A DNA stretch of 26,953 nucleotides from a virus (Duplodnaviria; Caudoviricetes): positions 1 to 26,953 of IMG/VR virus record IMGVR_UViG_3300033508_000328, one strand, 5' to 3'. The notes under the pieces were generated by a model, which had not been told where the DNA came from, did not search any database, and saw only the letters and a program-made list of their open reading frames with translations. Position numbers and translations under genes: made by a program. Below, piece after piece: positions 9,100-17,080 of the stretch. How positions within the stretch are numbered: position 1 is the stretch's first letter; the number at the start of each line of letters is the position of its first letter.

Positions 9100-9726
9100 A
9101 TGAAAAATTTACAAACATTTGAAGAATTCTTAAATGAATCAGTTAATAATAATTTATCACTCTCAGATTTTTTAAATGATTTAACTAATGTAACTGATGC
9201 ATTATATATATGTCAGAAAAAAATAAATTTAGATGCTAATAAAATTTCATTTATTGATAATGCCAATTTTGAAAAAGAAAGACAAATAGAAAAAATTACA
9301 AAAATATTTAAACCAACATTTTTAAAAACATTGCATAATTTATCAATAAAGTATGATGATGTATCAAATATTGCAAATATAACAGTTAAGAACTCGTTCT
9401 TTTATTTTAATTATTGGATTTATGTTAATAAAAATATTAAAAATCTTAAATCATATGAGACACTTTCTTTTATGATTGAACATTTTTCAAGTGGTGATAA
9501 AATTAAAAAATATGTTACTAATATAACAGGTAAACCAAATCCAACAGCAATTTCATTAATGAATAAAATGGATGCAGATACAAGAAAAAATTGGGACGAT
9601 ATTAGAGGAGAAGATTATGATCGTATAGCACTTCATTGGAATAGTACTTATAAGAAAGGTCTTAATATTGTAGAAATAAATTCTTCATTTAGTGAAGATA
9701 CATCAATGCGTGCAATGTTTAATTAG
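9100..9726 (+). CDS. Putative head-internal protein with leader MKNLQTFEEFLNES
   Basis: 208 aa ORF with the shared leader; body not recognised. Confidence 0.7.
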   Translation: MKNLQTFEEFLNESVNNNLSLSDFLNDLTNVTDALYICQKKINLDANKISFIDNANFEKERQIEKITKIFKPTFLKTLHNLSIKYDDVSNIANITVKNSFFYFNYWIYVNKNIKNLKSYETLSFMIEHFSSGDKIKKYVTNITGKPNPTAISLMNKMDADTRKNWDDIRGEDYDRIALHWNSTYKKGLNIVEINSSFSEDTSMRAMFN

Positions 9727-9816
9727 TCTTTACAAATTATATATGTAGTAATAAACATATTAGAATTTAGTAATGTTAAAGAAAATTTAAGTAAAAAAAA
9801 ACAAAATAAATATATT

Positions 9817-10368
9817 ATGCCATCACTACCACATTACCAAAATGCAAAAGCTTCATCCCGTGCATTTGAACCTATTTATTCAAATCTTTTTGAAGTTACA
9901 ATTACACTGCCACCTTCATTAGGAAGTGCACCCTTATTAATTGAACATGTTAATAAAATTGAAGGTCTGACCTCTGATAAAGGGGAAGCGACCGTTGAGC
10001 AATTATACAAACATGCAAAAAGAACATATCTTGCTGCAAAACCTGAAGACACTACTACCGAACCTAAAATTGAATTTTCATTAAACTTAAATGATGCAAA
10101 TGAATTATATGTTTATAAAACTCTTAGAGATTGGTGGAGACTTGGATATAACCCACTAACAGGGGAACAAGGTCTTAAAAAAGATTATCAGGGATCAATC
10201 ACTATAGTTAATTATAATCGTAAAGGAGAAATCTTTTGGCAACGTACATTCGAAGCTTGTATTCCAACAGGAGATCTTCCAGAATTTACAAATGATTATA
10301 GTGGTTCAGAAGTATGGACAATGCAAGCTACATGGAAATCAGATTGGTTTAAAGAAACTATTGTTTAG
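9817..10368 (+). CDS. Tail tube protein (gp19-like)
   Basis: 183 aa downstream of the sheath; EP...NLFEV, W..L.YNP.TG..GLKKDY and a terminal W.SD.F pattern typical of myovirus tube proteins. Confidence 0.85.
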   Translation: MPSLPHYQNAKASSRAFEPIYSNLFEVTITLPPSLGSAPLLIEHVNKIEGLTSDKGEATVEQLYKHAKRTYLAAKPEDTTTEPKIEFSLNLNDANELYVYKTLRDWWRLGYNPLTGEQGLKKDYQGSITIVNYNRKGEIFWQRTFEACIPTGDLPEFTNDYSGSEVWTMQATWKSDWFKETIV

Positions 10369-10380
10369 TAATAATAAGTT

Positions 10381-10446
10381 AAAAATGTTGAGAAATATAG
10401 TAATTCTTCAGATTTTTATAGTTATATTTGTATATCATTTAAAAAC
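10381..10446 (+). promoter_or_regulatory. Hairpin plus TATATTTG promoter cassette, copy 1 (degenerate stem)
   Basis: TAGTTATATTTGTATATCATT shared with copies at 11311 and 21623; TATATTTG at 10423-10430 matches the Bacteroidota -7 box TAnnTTTG. Confidence 0.7.
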
Positions 10447-10454
10447 ATAATATT

Positions 10455-10854
10455 ATGAAAATTTTAATTTTTTTTTGAAAATGCATATGCTGATAAAGCT
10501 GGTAAATTAACAAATTACACAATGTCATCAAAAGATCCTTGGATTAATCGTAGTAATGCAACATATGCTAGAATTATAAAATATATTGAAGATGACAATG
10601 AATTATTTTTTGCAGAGTGTACAAATAAAATTTCAGATAATAGAAAATAAAAGTTCAAGCCTGATATGGTCTGGATTAAAAGAGCAGTGAAATCCGACAA
10701 TTGGGATATAATCATAACATGTTCTGTTATTGCTACAAAATGTTTAAATGAACTTAATATAAATACATTTGCAAATTATCCACATCCTGTATCATTTGCA
10801 TGGCGATCTCAAATGATGATTGACTTAAAAAAAGAACAGAACAAAATAAAATAA
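10455..10854 (+). pseudogene. Disrupted gene, possibly uracil-DNA glycosylase-like superfamily
   Basis: ATG 10455, frameshift in T9 (10468-10476), in-frame TAA at 10648, then continuation into ORF 10666-10854 ending IIITCSVIA...YPHPVS (UDG-like HP motif). Confidence 0.5.
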
Positions 10855-10877
10855 AATAAAATAAAATAAAATAAAAT
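10843..10877 (+). repeat. (AAAAT)7 tandem repeat directly before ATG 10878
   Basis: Seven perfect pentamer copies. Confidence 0.9.
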
Positions 10878-11288
10878 ATGAAAAATTTTCAAACATTTGA
10901 AGAATTTTTAAATGAATCTTCCGTGATAGGTCTTGATAGTAATATACCATTTATCATTAACACATCATCAAAAGAACAAGCACAGCAATCTCAAATGGAA
11001 TCATTAATAAAAATGAAATTGCGACCAGTTTATAAGTCGTCCGATGATGGCATACAAGATGATGAAAATGGTACATTTATTGGGTATAATATTATTAAAT
11101 TTCAGAAACCAGCATTGACTCTAAATATATATGAATCTGATATGGTATCATTTTCATTTGATGGTGATTTTATAACAATTTTAAATATCGAAAGATCACC
11201 AAAAATAATCTTAGGAGATGATGAAAGTTTTCATTCAATGAATGATATACAACCCAATGTTTTAAATAAACTTAAGAGTATTAAATAA
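10878..11288 (+). CDS. Putative head-internal protein with leader MKNFQTFEEFLNES
   Basis: 136 aa ORF with the shared leader. Confidence 0.7.
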   Translation: MKNFQTFEEFLNESSVIGLDSNIPFIINTSSKEQAQQSQMESLIKMKLRPVYKSSDDGIQDDENGTFIGYNIIKFQKPALTLNIYESDMVSFSFDGDFITILNIERSPKIILGDDESFHSMNDIQPNVLNKLKSIK

Positions 11289-11310
11289 ATTAGAATAGTT
11301 AAAAATATAT

Positions 11311-11374
11311 AAAAATCCGAAGAATATAGTAATTCTTCGGATTTTTTAGTTATATTTGTATATCATTTAAAAAC
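11311..11374 (+). promoter_or_regulatory. Hairpin terminator plus TATATTTG promoter cassette, copy 2
   Basis: Perfect 15-bp stem 11311-11325/11332-11346 ending in a T-tract; TATATTTG at 11351-11358. Confidence 0.8.
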
Positions 11375-11381
11375 AACCAAT

Positions 11382-11810
11382 ATGAACACTCATTTAATTT
11401 CATCAATTTCTTTAGGAGCAACAATGGCATCTGAATCTGAAAATAAAGGTGCTGGAATTTTCATAATCAAGTCAATTGCGACAGGTAAAGATTTTACATA
11501 TAAGATCAAACGATCAAAGTTCAATAATAATTGGTATACTCATATTTATGTTGAACAAGAATATCTTAAATTTAAACGTTTAGGAACCTATTTCAACGGT
11601 AAGATTTTCAATAAGAAATCAATAGTTGAATCTACTTCAGCTAAAGCAATTGCATTTGTATTAGATAAAGTTGAGCATAAAGAATTTGATTTTCTTGATA
11701 AGAATATGGAATTAATGCATGCCGGTAATTGTTTATGTTGCGGTAAAACACTTACAGATGCAAATAGTATTGCATTAGGATTAGGACCAATTTGTTCAAC
11801 TAGAATTTAA
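11382..11810 (+). CDS. DUF6011-like zinc-binding protein
   Basis: C-terminal CLCCGKTLTD..SI..GLGPIC motif. Confidence 0.7.
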   Translation: MNTHLISSISLGATMASESENKGAGIFIIKSIATGKDFTYKIKRSKFNNNWYTHIYVEQEYLKFKRLGTYFNGKIFNKKSIVESTSAKAIAFVLDKVEHKEFDFLDKNMELMHAGNCLCCGKTLTDANSIALGLGPICSTRI

Positions 11811-11815
11811 TTACT

Positions 11816-12145
11816 ATGATAATCGAATCTTTATTTCCACCAATTCATTTTCAGTCATCTATTGATGATAAACATTATCTTATAGTAGATGGCAAATGGC
11901 AAGATGCTGATAGATTTTATTCAAGAGAAGAACTTGATGTAATTTGGAAAAAGAAAACCTGGTCACCAAAGGATCCAATTATTTCAAATATTCCAAATAA
12001 AGTATATAGTGTAAATGGTAGTAAGAATGCAGTATATGAAGTCCGATTGTTAAATGGTCAATGGTCTTGTACTTGCGCAGCATTCTCGTTTAAGCGATAT
12101 ACTGATTGTAAACACATAAAAGAAATTAAAAATAAAATTCAATGA
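11816..12145 (+). CDS. SWIM zinc-finger protein
   Basis: GSK..VYEV...WSCTC..F.....CKH. Confidence 0.75.
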   Translation: MIIESLFPPIHFQSSIDDKHYLIVDGKWQDADRFYSREELDVIWKKKTWSPKDPIISNIPNKVYSVNGSKNAVYEVRLLNGQWSCTCAAFSFKRYTDCKHIKEIKNKIQ

Positions 12146-12405
12146 AAAATAAAATATACGAATTATCAGAGCATGTTTCTAATTTGGAAAGTAGATTAAA
12201 AACAAAAGTTGTTCATTCTGAATCTAAGTCAGCATGGAATATTGTTGGTACAGCTTTAGGTAGCACTTATAAAATTGCAAGAATTCCATATTTCATAGAT
12301 GAACGTATTCCAAAAATATCAGAACATAATAAACAAATGGCAAAAAATCATGCAACATTTATAAGTTTTTGTATTAATAATGCGAAAAATCTTAGTATAT
12401 CATAA
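12142..12405 (+). CDS. Hypothetical protein
   Basis: 87 aa ORF whose start overlaps the previous stop (ATGA). Confidence 0.6.
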   Translation: MKNKIYELSEHVSNLESRLKTKVVHSESKSAWNIVGTALGSTYKIARIPYFIDERIPKISEHNKQMAKNHATFISFCINNAKNLSIS

Positions 12406-12409
12406 ATAT

Positions 12410-12438
12410 TGAAACTATCTTATTTATTTATCATATAA
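12410..12438 (+). promoter_or_regulatory. Putative ECF-sigma promoter TGAAACT-N14-TCATATAA upstream of topoisomerase
   Basis: Identical bipartite motif and spacing at 22352-22380. Confidence 0.65.
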
Positions 12439-12462
12439 ATACAAAACACTTATATACTTGAT

Positions 12463-14475
12463 ATGGCTAAAAAATCAAATGACGAAAAATACAAATTATT
12501 AGATGATATAGAACATGTTTTGTTACGTCCAGGTATGTATGTCGGATCAACAAAAAAAAATGTTTCAGAACAGTATATATTAGTAGATGATAAATTTGAA
12601 AAGCAAGAGATGACATCGGTTCCTGCATTTATCAAAATATTTGATGAAATTGTGTCTAATTCAGTTGATGAATCAAAAGTTAATAAATCACTTAATACAA
12701 TAGTTGTAACTGTTAATAAATTAACCGGTGAAATTACTATATATGATAATGGCGGTATACCTGTTGAAATAAATAAACAGACTAAAATGTATATTCCTGA
12801 AATGATTTTTTCATCATTAAGAGCAGGATCAAATTTTGATGATTCAGAACAGCGTGAAAAGGCGGGAACCCATGGAGTTGGTAGTACATTAACAAATATT
12901 TTTTCATTACAATTTAAAGTAACAACATCAGATGGTACTAATCAATTTTATCAGATGTTTTCTGAAAATATGAGAAGACGTACACAATCATTAATAACCC
13001 CATCGAAAAAGAACTTTACGGAGATTTCATTTATACCAGATTTTTCAAGATTTTCTCTAAGTGGTTTGGATGATATTCATTTAAAATTATTAGAAAAAAG
13101 ATGTATTGATTTAGCCGCATGTAACCCTAATATAAAAATATCATTTAATGGCGTTACATATAAGTTTAAATCATTTAAAGATTATATTGATTTTTATACT
13201 CCTGATGCATTGATGGAAAAATCAGAACATTGGGAGATTGGCTTTGCATCATCATCTTGTGGATTTCAACAAGTTTCGTTTGTTAATTCAACTGAGACAA
13301 AAGACGGTGGTACACATGTTGATTATATTACAAGTCAAGTTATACAGGAATTAAGAGGTTTAATTAAAAAGAAACATAAAGTTGATATTAAGCCATCCGA
13401 TATTAAAAATCATTTATCAGTCTTTATTAATGCAACTATATATAACCCTTCCTTTAAATCACAAACTAAAGAAGAATTAAACTCAATATCAAAAGAATTT
13501 GGTACATCTCACACAGTTTCAGAAAAAACTATTAAAGCATTATTTCAATCAGAAGTAGTTGCTTCAATATTAGATTGGATTGACAAAAAACAACAAGCTG
13601 ATGAAAAAGCAGAATTAAGAAAATTAAACAAGAATTTATCAACGACAAAGATTCTTAAGCTTATTGATGCTAAATCAAGGGACCAACGAGATAAATGTAT
13701 ATTAGGAATTAGTGAGGGTGATAGTGCATGTTCATCTTTTAAAAATTACAGGGTTCCTGAGTTCCAAGGCATGTTCCCATTACGAGGTAAATTTTTAAAT
13801 GTATCGGAACTTAAAAATTCCGAAGTTATAAAAAATACAGAAGTTGTTAATTTAATGGGTTCATTGGGTTTAAAATTAGGAGAAGATTGTTTTGAATATC
13901 ATAAAGGTCGAGATATTGATTTAAAATTAAAAGATGGACATATCATTATAGATAATGAAGATGAAATTTTTATAAATAATAAATGGCAAATTGCAAAAAC
14001 AATACCTCATATTAATGAAGGACTATCATTTAAAAAATCAGACTTATATCATAGAAAGCGTATATTAAAATCAAACATACGATATGGTAAAATACTAATA
14101 TATACCGATGCCGATAAAGATGGACTTTGTATAACATCACTTGTCATAAACTTCTTTGCTAAATATTGGCCGGAGCTATTTGAACAGGAGAGAATATTTC
14201 AAGTTCTAACTCCTATAGTTGTATCAAAAAAAGGAAAGGATACATTAAGTTTTTATACACAATATGAATTTAATGAATGGCAATCTAAAAATTTAAAGGG
14301 CTGGCAACATGAATACAAAAAAGGCCTGGCTGCACTAGAGGATGAGGAGTATAGAATTATTATACAGGAACCTAATCTGTTATGTATCAAAAAAGATCAT
14401 CAATTTAAAGAAAGTTTGCAGGCATGGTTTGGCGGGGATGCGAATTTAAGAAAAGAACGACTTTTAAAACTTTAA
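12463..14475 (+). CDS. Type IIA DNA topoisomerase ATPase/TOPRIM subunit (gp39+gp60 in one ORF)
   Basis: HVLLRPGMYVGS, EIVSNSVDE, DNGGIP, GSNFDD, EGDSA, PLRGKFLN, TDADKDG and KGLAAL motifs. Confidence 0.95.
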   Translation: MAKKSNDEKYKLLDDIEHVLLRPGMYVGSTKKNVSEQYILVDDKFEKQEMTSVPAFIKIFDEIVSNSVDESKVNKSLNTIVVTVNKLTGEITIYDNGGIPVEINKQTKMYIPEMIFSSLRAGSNFDDSEQREKAGTHGVGSTLTNIFSLQFKVTTSDGTNQFYQMFSENMRRRTQSLITPSKKNFTEISFIPDFSRFSLSGLDDIHLKLLEKRCIDLAACNPNIKISFNGVTYKFKSFKDYIDFYTPDALMEKSEHWEIGFASSSCGFQQVSFVNSTETKDGGTHVDYITSQVIQELRGLIKKKHKVDIKPSDIKNHLSVFINATIYNPSFKSQTKEELNSISKEFGTSHTVSEKTIKALFQSEVVASILDWIDKKQQADEKAELRKLNKNLSTTKILKLIDAKSRDQRDKCILGISEGDSACSSFKNYRVPEFQGMFPLRGKFLNVSELKNSEVIKNTEVVNLMGSLGLKLGEDCFEYHKGRDIDLKLKDGHIIIDNEDEIFINNKWQIAKTIPHINEGLSFKKSDLYHRKRILKSNIRYGKILIYTDADKDGLCITSLVINFFAKYWPELFEQERIFQVLTPIVVSKKGKDTLSFYTQYEFNEWQSKNLKGWQHEYKKGLAALEDEEYRIIIQEPNLLCIKKDHQFKESLQAWFGGDANLRKERLLKL

Positions 14476-14478
14476 TAT

Positions 14479-15831
14479 ATGCAACAAAAAACAATCTCAG
14501 AATACCTAGATAATGAATATGCAGATTATGGTATGCATACTATTGAGAATAGAGCAATTCCTTCAGTTGTTGATGGGTTTAAACCAACCCAGCGTAAAAT
14601 TATTTTCATTGCAAATAAAGTATGGAAAAATACAAAAGATAAACCATTAAAGGTTTTTCAATTTGGTGGGAGAGTTGCTGCTGATGCAATGTATCATTCC
14701 GGAGATGCTTCTTTAAATGGCACTATTATTGGTATGGCTCAATCATTTAAAAATTCAATTCAATTACTTGATGATATTGGTCAATTTGGTAAATTAAGGT
14801 CCCCTGAAGCAGGTGCAGCACGTTATATATCAACAAAATTAAATGATAATTTTAGATTATTATATAAAGATTTTGATTTAACTACTCCTAAATTCGAAGA
14901 AGGATATGAAATAGAACCCCTATATTTTTTGCCAATTATACCAACTGTTTTATTAAACGGAGGATCTGGTGTTGCCGTTGGATTTGCTACTAATATTCTA
15001 AATAGACATCCAATAGAATTAATTGATGCTTGTTTAAAATATACAGAAGCTAAACCTTTTAATGCACCAACTCCATTTTGGCATACATTTAAAGGTATGG
15101 TTGAACAATCCCAAGAAAATAAAAAATCTTTTTCAATAAAAGGTATATATAAAGTAAAAGATACAACTACAATAATTATTTCGGAATTACCTGTTAGTAT
15201 GACTTTTGCAAAATATGAAGCACATCTATCAAATTTACAAGACAAGGGCATAATTCAATTATATGATGATAATTCAAATAAAGATGGTATAAGTTATACT
15301 ATTAAAATGCAACGAGCCGTTTTAGCAGATTTAATTAAAAAAAATAAGGTAGAATCTACTTTTAAATTAATTGAAAATGAAACTGAAAATTTAACATGTC
15401 TTGATGAAAATGGCAAACTAATTATTTTTGAATCGGTTGAAGATATAATTAAATACTTTGTTAATTTTAGAATCACATTTTATGATAAACGTAAATCTTT
15501 ATTATTACACCATATTAATGAAAATTACATATTATTAAGTAATAAAGCAAAATTTATTAAACTAATTATTGACAAAAAACTAGTCATTAATAATATAGCA
15601 AAGGACATTATTATTGAAAACCTAACTATTTTAAAATTTGATAAGATAGATGATTCATTTGATTATTTACTTCAAATGCCAATATATAATCTTACAAAAG
15701 AAAAATATGAAGACTTATTAAAACAAATTAATAATAATAGAACTGAATTAGAAGAAATTAAAAAATTAATACCATTGGAAATGTATAAAAATGATTTAAT
15801 TATTTTAAAGAAAGCACTTAAACATACTTAA
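14479..15831 (+). CDS. Type IIA DNA topoisomerase cleavage subunit (gp52-like)
   Basis: RAIPSVVDGFKPTQRK, YHSGDASL, active-site AARY and G.AVGFAT motifs. Confidence 0.95.
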   Translation: MQQKTISEYLDNEYADYGMHTIENRAIPSVVDGFKPTQRKIIFIANKVWKNTKDKPLKVFQFGGRVAADAMYHSGDASLNGTIIGMAQSFKNSIQLLDDIGQFGKLRSPEAGAARYISTKLNDNFRLLYKDFDLTTPKFEEGYEIEPLYFLPIIPTVLLNGGSGVAVGFATNILNRHPIELIDACLKYTEAKPFNAPTPFWHTFKGMVEQSQENKKSFSIKGIYKVKDTTTIIISELPVSMTFAKYEAHLSNLQDKGIIQLYDDNSNKDGISYTIKMQRAVLADLIKKNKVESTFKLIENETENLTCLDENGKLIIFESVEDIIKYFVNFRITFYDKRKSLLLHHINENYILLSNKAKFIKLIIDKKLVINNIAKDIIIENLTILKFDKIDDSFDYLLQMPIYNLTKEKYEDLLKQINNNRTELEEIKKLIPLEMYKNDLIILKKALKHT

Positions 15832-15839
15832 GATATATA
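15832..15839 (+). promoter_or_regulatory. GATATATA putative late promoter upstream of the gp26-like/tape measure unit
   Basis: GATATATAAAATAAAA, same context as 5398. Confidence 0.55.
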
Positions 15840-15870
15840 AAATAAAAACTACTTAAAAAAGCTATAAATT

Positions 15871-16830
15871 ATGTCAAAACAAAATTATGATGCTGCATTA
15901 GATTCATTGGAAACTACAGATAATATTAATGTTAACTTTAATGAACAACCATTATCAACCAAAACTAAACCAACTTCGTTAGGAAATATTAATGTAAGTA
16001 CAGATAATACTACAAATGTATTACCAGGTTACTTAGAAATTTATTCTGATAATTTTCCATCAGGTGGACTTTTTTATAAAGAAGATACTCGATTTTTTAT
16101 AAGACCTGCTGATGTTAGAGAAATTAGACAATTTTCGACAATTAATGAGCAAGATCCATTTTCGGTAGATGAAGCACTAACCAATATTATAAAAAGTTGT
16201 TTTATGATGAGACAACCTGGAAAAATGGTATCATTTAAAGATCTTAAAGAAGAAGATCGTATTCATATCATTTTATCAATTAGAGACCTTACATTTGTTA
16301 ATGGTGAAAATCAATTAAAACTTTCTCCCAAATGTAAAGAATGTGATCATGAAAATTCATTAATCATTAAATCTGATTCATTTGACCGTACTATATTAAA
16401 GGATAATATACTTAAGTACTTTAATGAAGAGACTCGTAATTTTGACGTTCAAACAAAATCATCGGGTGTTATTTCAATTGCTCCACCATCAATTGGTATT
16501 ATGCAAGAAGTTACAAAATGGATTCAAAAATCTAATAATGAAGGAAAGAAAATTGACCAAGCATTTGTAAAAGTTCTTCCTTATATGATTACTGATTGGA
16601 GAGGTCTAAATGATTCTGTTATTAAGAATTTGGAAATGGAATTTATGTCATGGAATACAACTAAATATCAAACAATGTATACTTTAGTTGATATGTGCAG
16701 AATTGGTGTCAAAGAAGAACTTACAATGTCTTGTGAAAAGTGTGGTGCTGAGGTGACCACTCCTATATCATTTCCCGGAGGAATCAAGTCTCTTTTCGTT
16801 ATTTCAAATATCGATTCGGAATTACTTTAA
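15871..16830 (+). CDS. Baseplate hub / tail assembly protein (T4 gp26-like, duplicated zinc-ribbon)
   Basis: FPSGG.FY, IRP..V.E, DR..I.L.IR, CKEC and CEKC; lies upstream of the tape measure. Confidence 0.65.
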   Translation: MSKQNYDAALDSLETTDNINVNFNEQPLSTKTKPTSLGNINVSTDNTTNVLPGYLEIYSDNFPSGGLFYKEDTRFFIRPADVREIRQFSTINEQDPFSVDEALTNIIKSCFMMRQPGKMVSFKDLKEEDRIHIILSIRDLTFVNGENQLKLSPKCKECDHENSLIIKSDSFDRTILKDNILKYFNEETRNFDVQTKSSGVISIAPPSIGIMQEVTKWIQKSNNEGKKIDQAFVKVLPYMITDWRGLNDSVIKNLEMEFMSWNTTKYQTMYTLVDMCRIGVKEELTMSCEKCGAEVTTPISFPGGIKSLFVISNIDSELL

Positions 16831-17065
16831 GACTCGGTCTTATCTTCAATATCATTTTCATGTTCAACCAACAGAAATTGAGAATATGTCATATTATGAA
16901 TATGAGTATATGGTTGAAGATTTAACAGAAATTCTAAAAGAAAAGCAAGAAGCAGAGAATGGACAGACTCCAAATGGCGGTCAAGATATGAATGTAGATT
17001 CAATGATGAGAAAAGCAAAACAAGGAATGCCAAAAATGAATTTTCCATCAATGCCTAAATTTTAA
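16757..17065 (+). CDS. gp51-like small ORF in the +1 frame overlapping the gp26-like gene (first ATG 16886; not in ORF track)
   Basis: Frame open from 16757: LFQISIRNYFKTRSYLQYHFHVQPTEIENMSYYEYEYMVEDL...; EIENM..YE resembles T4 gp51-type proteins. Confidence 0.65.
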   Translation, partial: PLLYHFPEESSLFSLFQISIRNYFKTRSYLQYHFHVQPTEIENMSYYEYEYMVEDLTEILKEKQEAENGQTPNGGQDMNVDSMMRKAKQGMPKMNFPSMPKF

Positions 17066-17080
17066 AATAAGATAATATGA

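Noticed and set aside
12434-12441. TATAAATA as a T4 late promoter
   Set aside because: It precedes replication genes and overlaps the better-supported TGAAACT-N14-TCATATAA motif.
14101-14135. T4 gene 60-style 50-nt translational bypass
   Set aside because: TDADKDGLCI is contiguous, with no coding gap.
16827-17051. 74 aa minus-strand ORF
   Set aside because: Antisense to the gp51-like + strand frame, which has the better protein signal and context.
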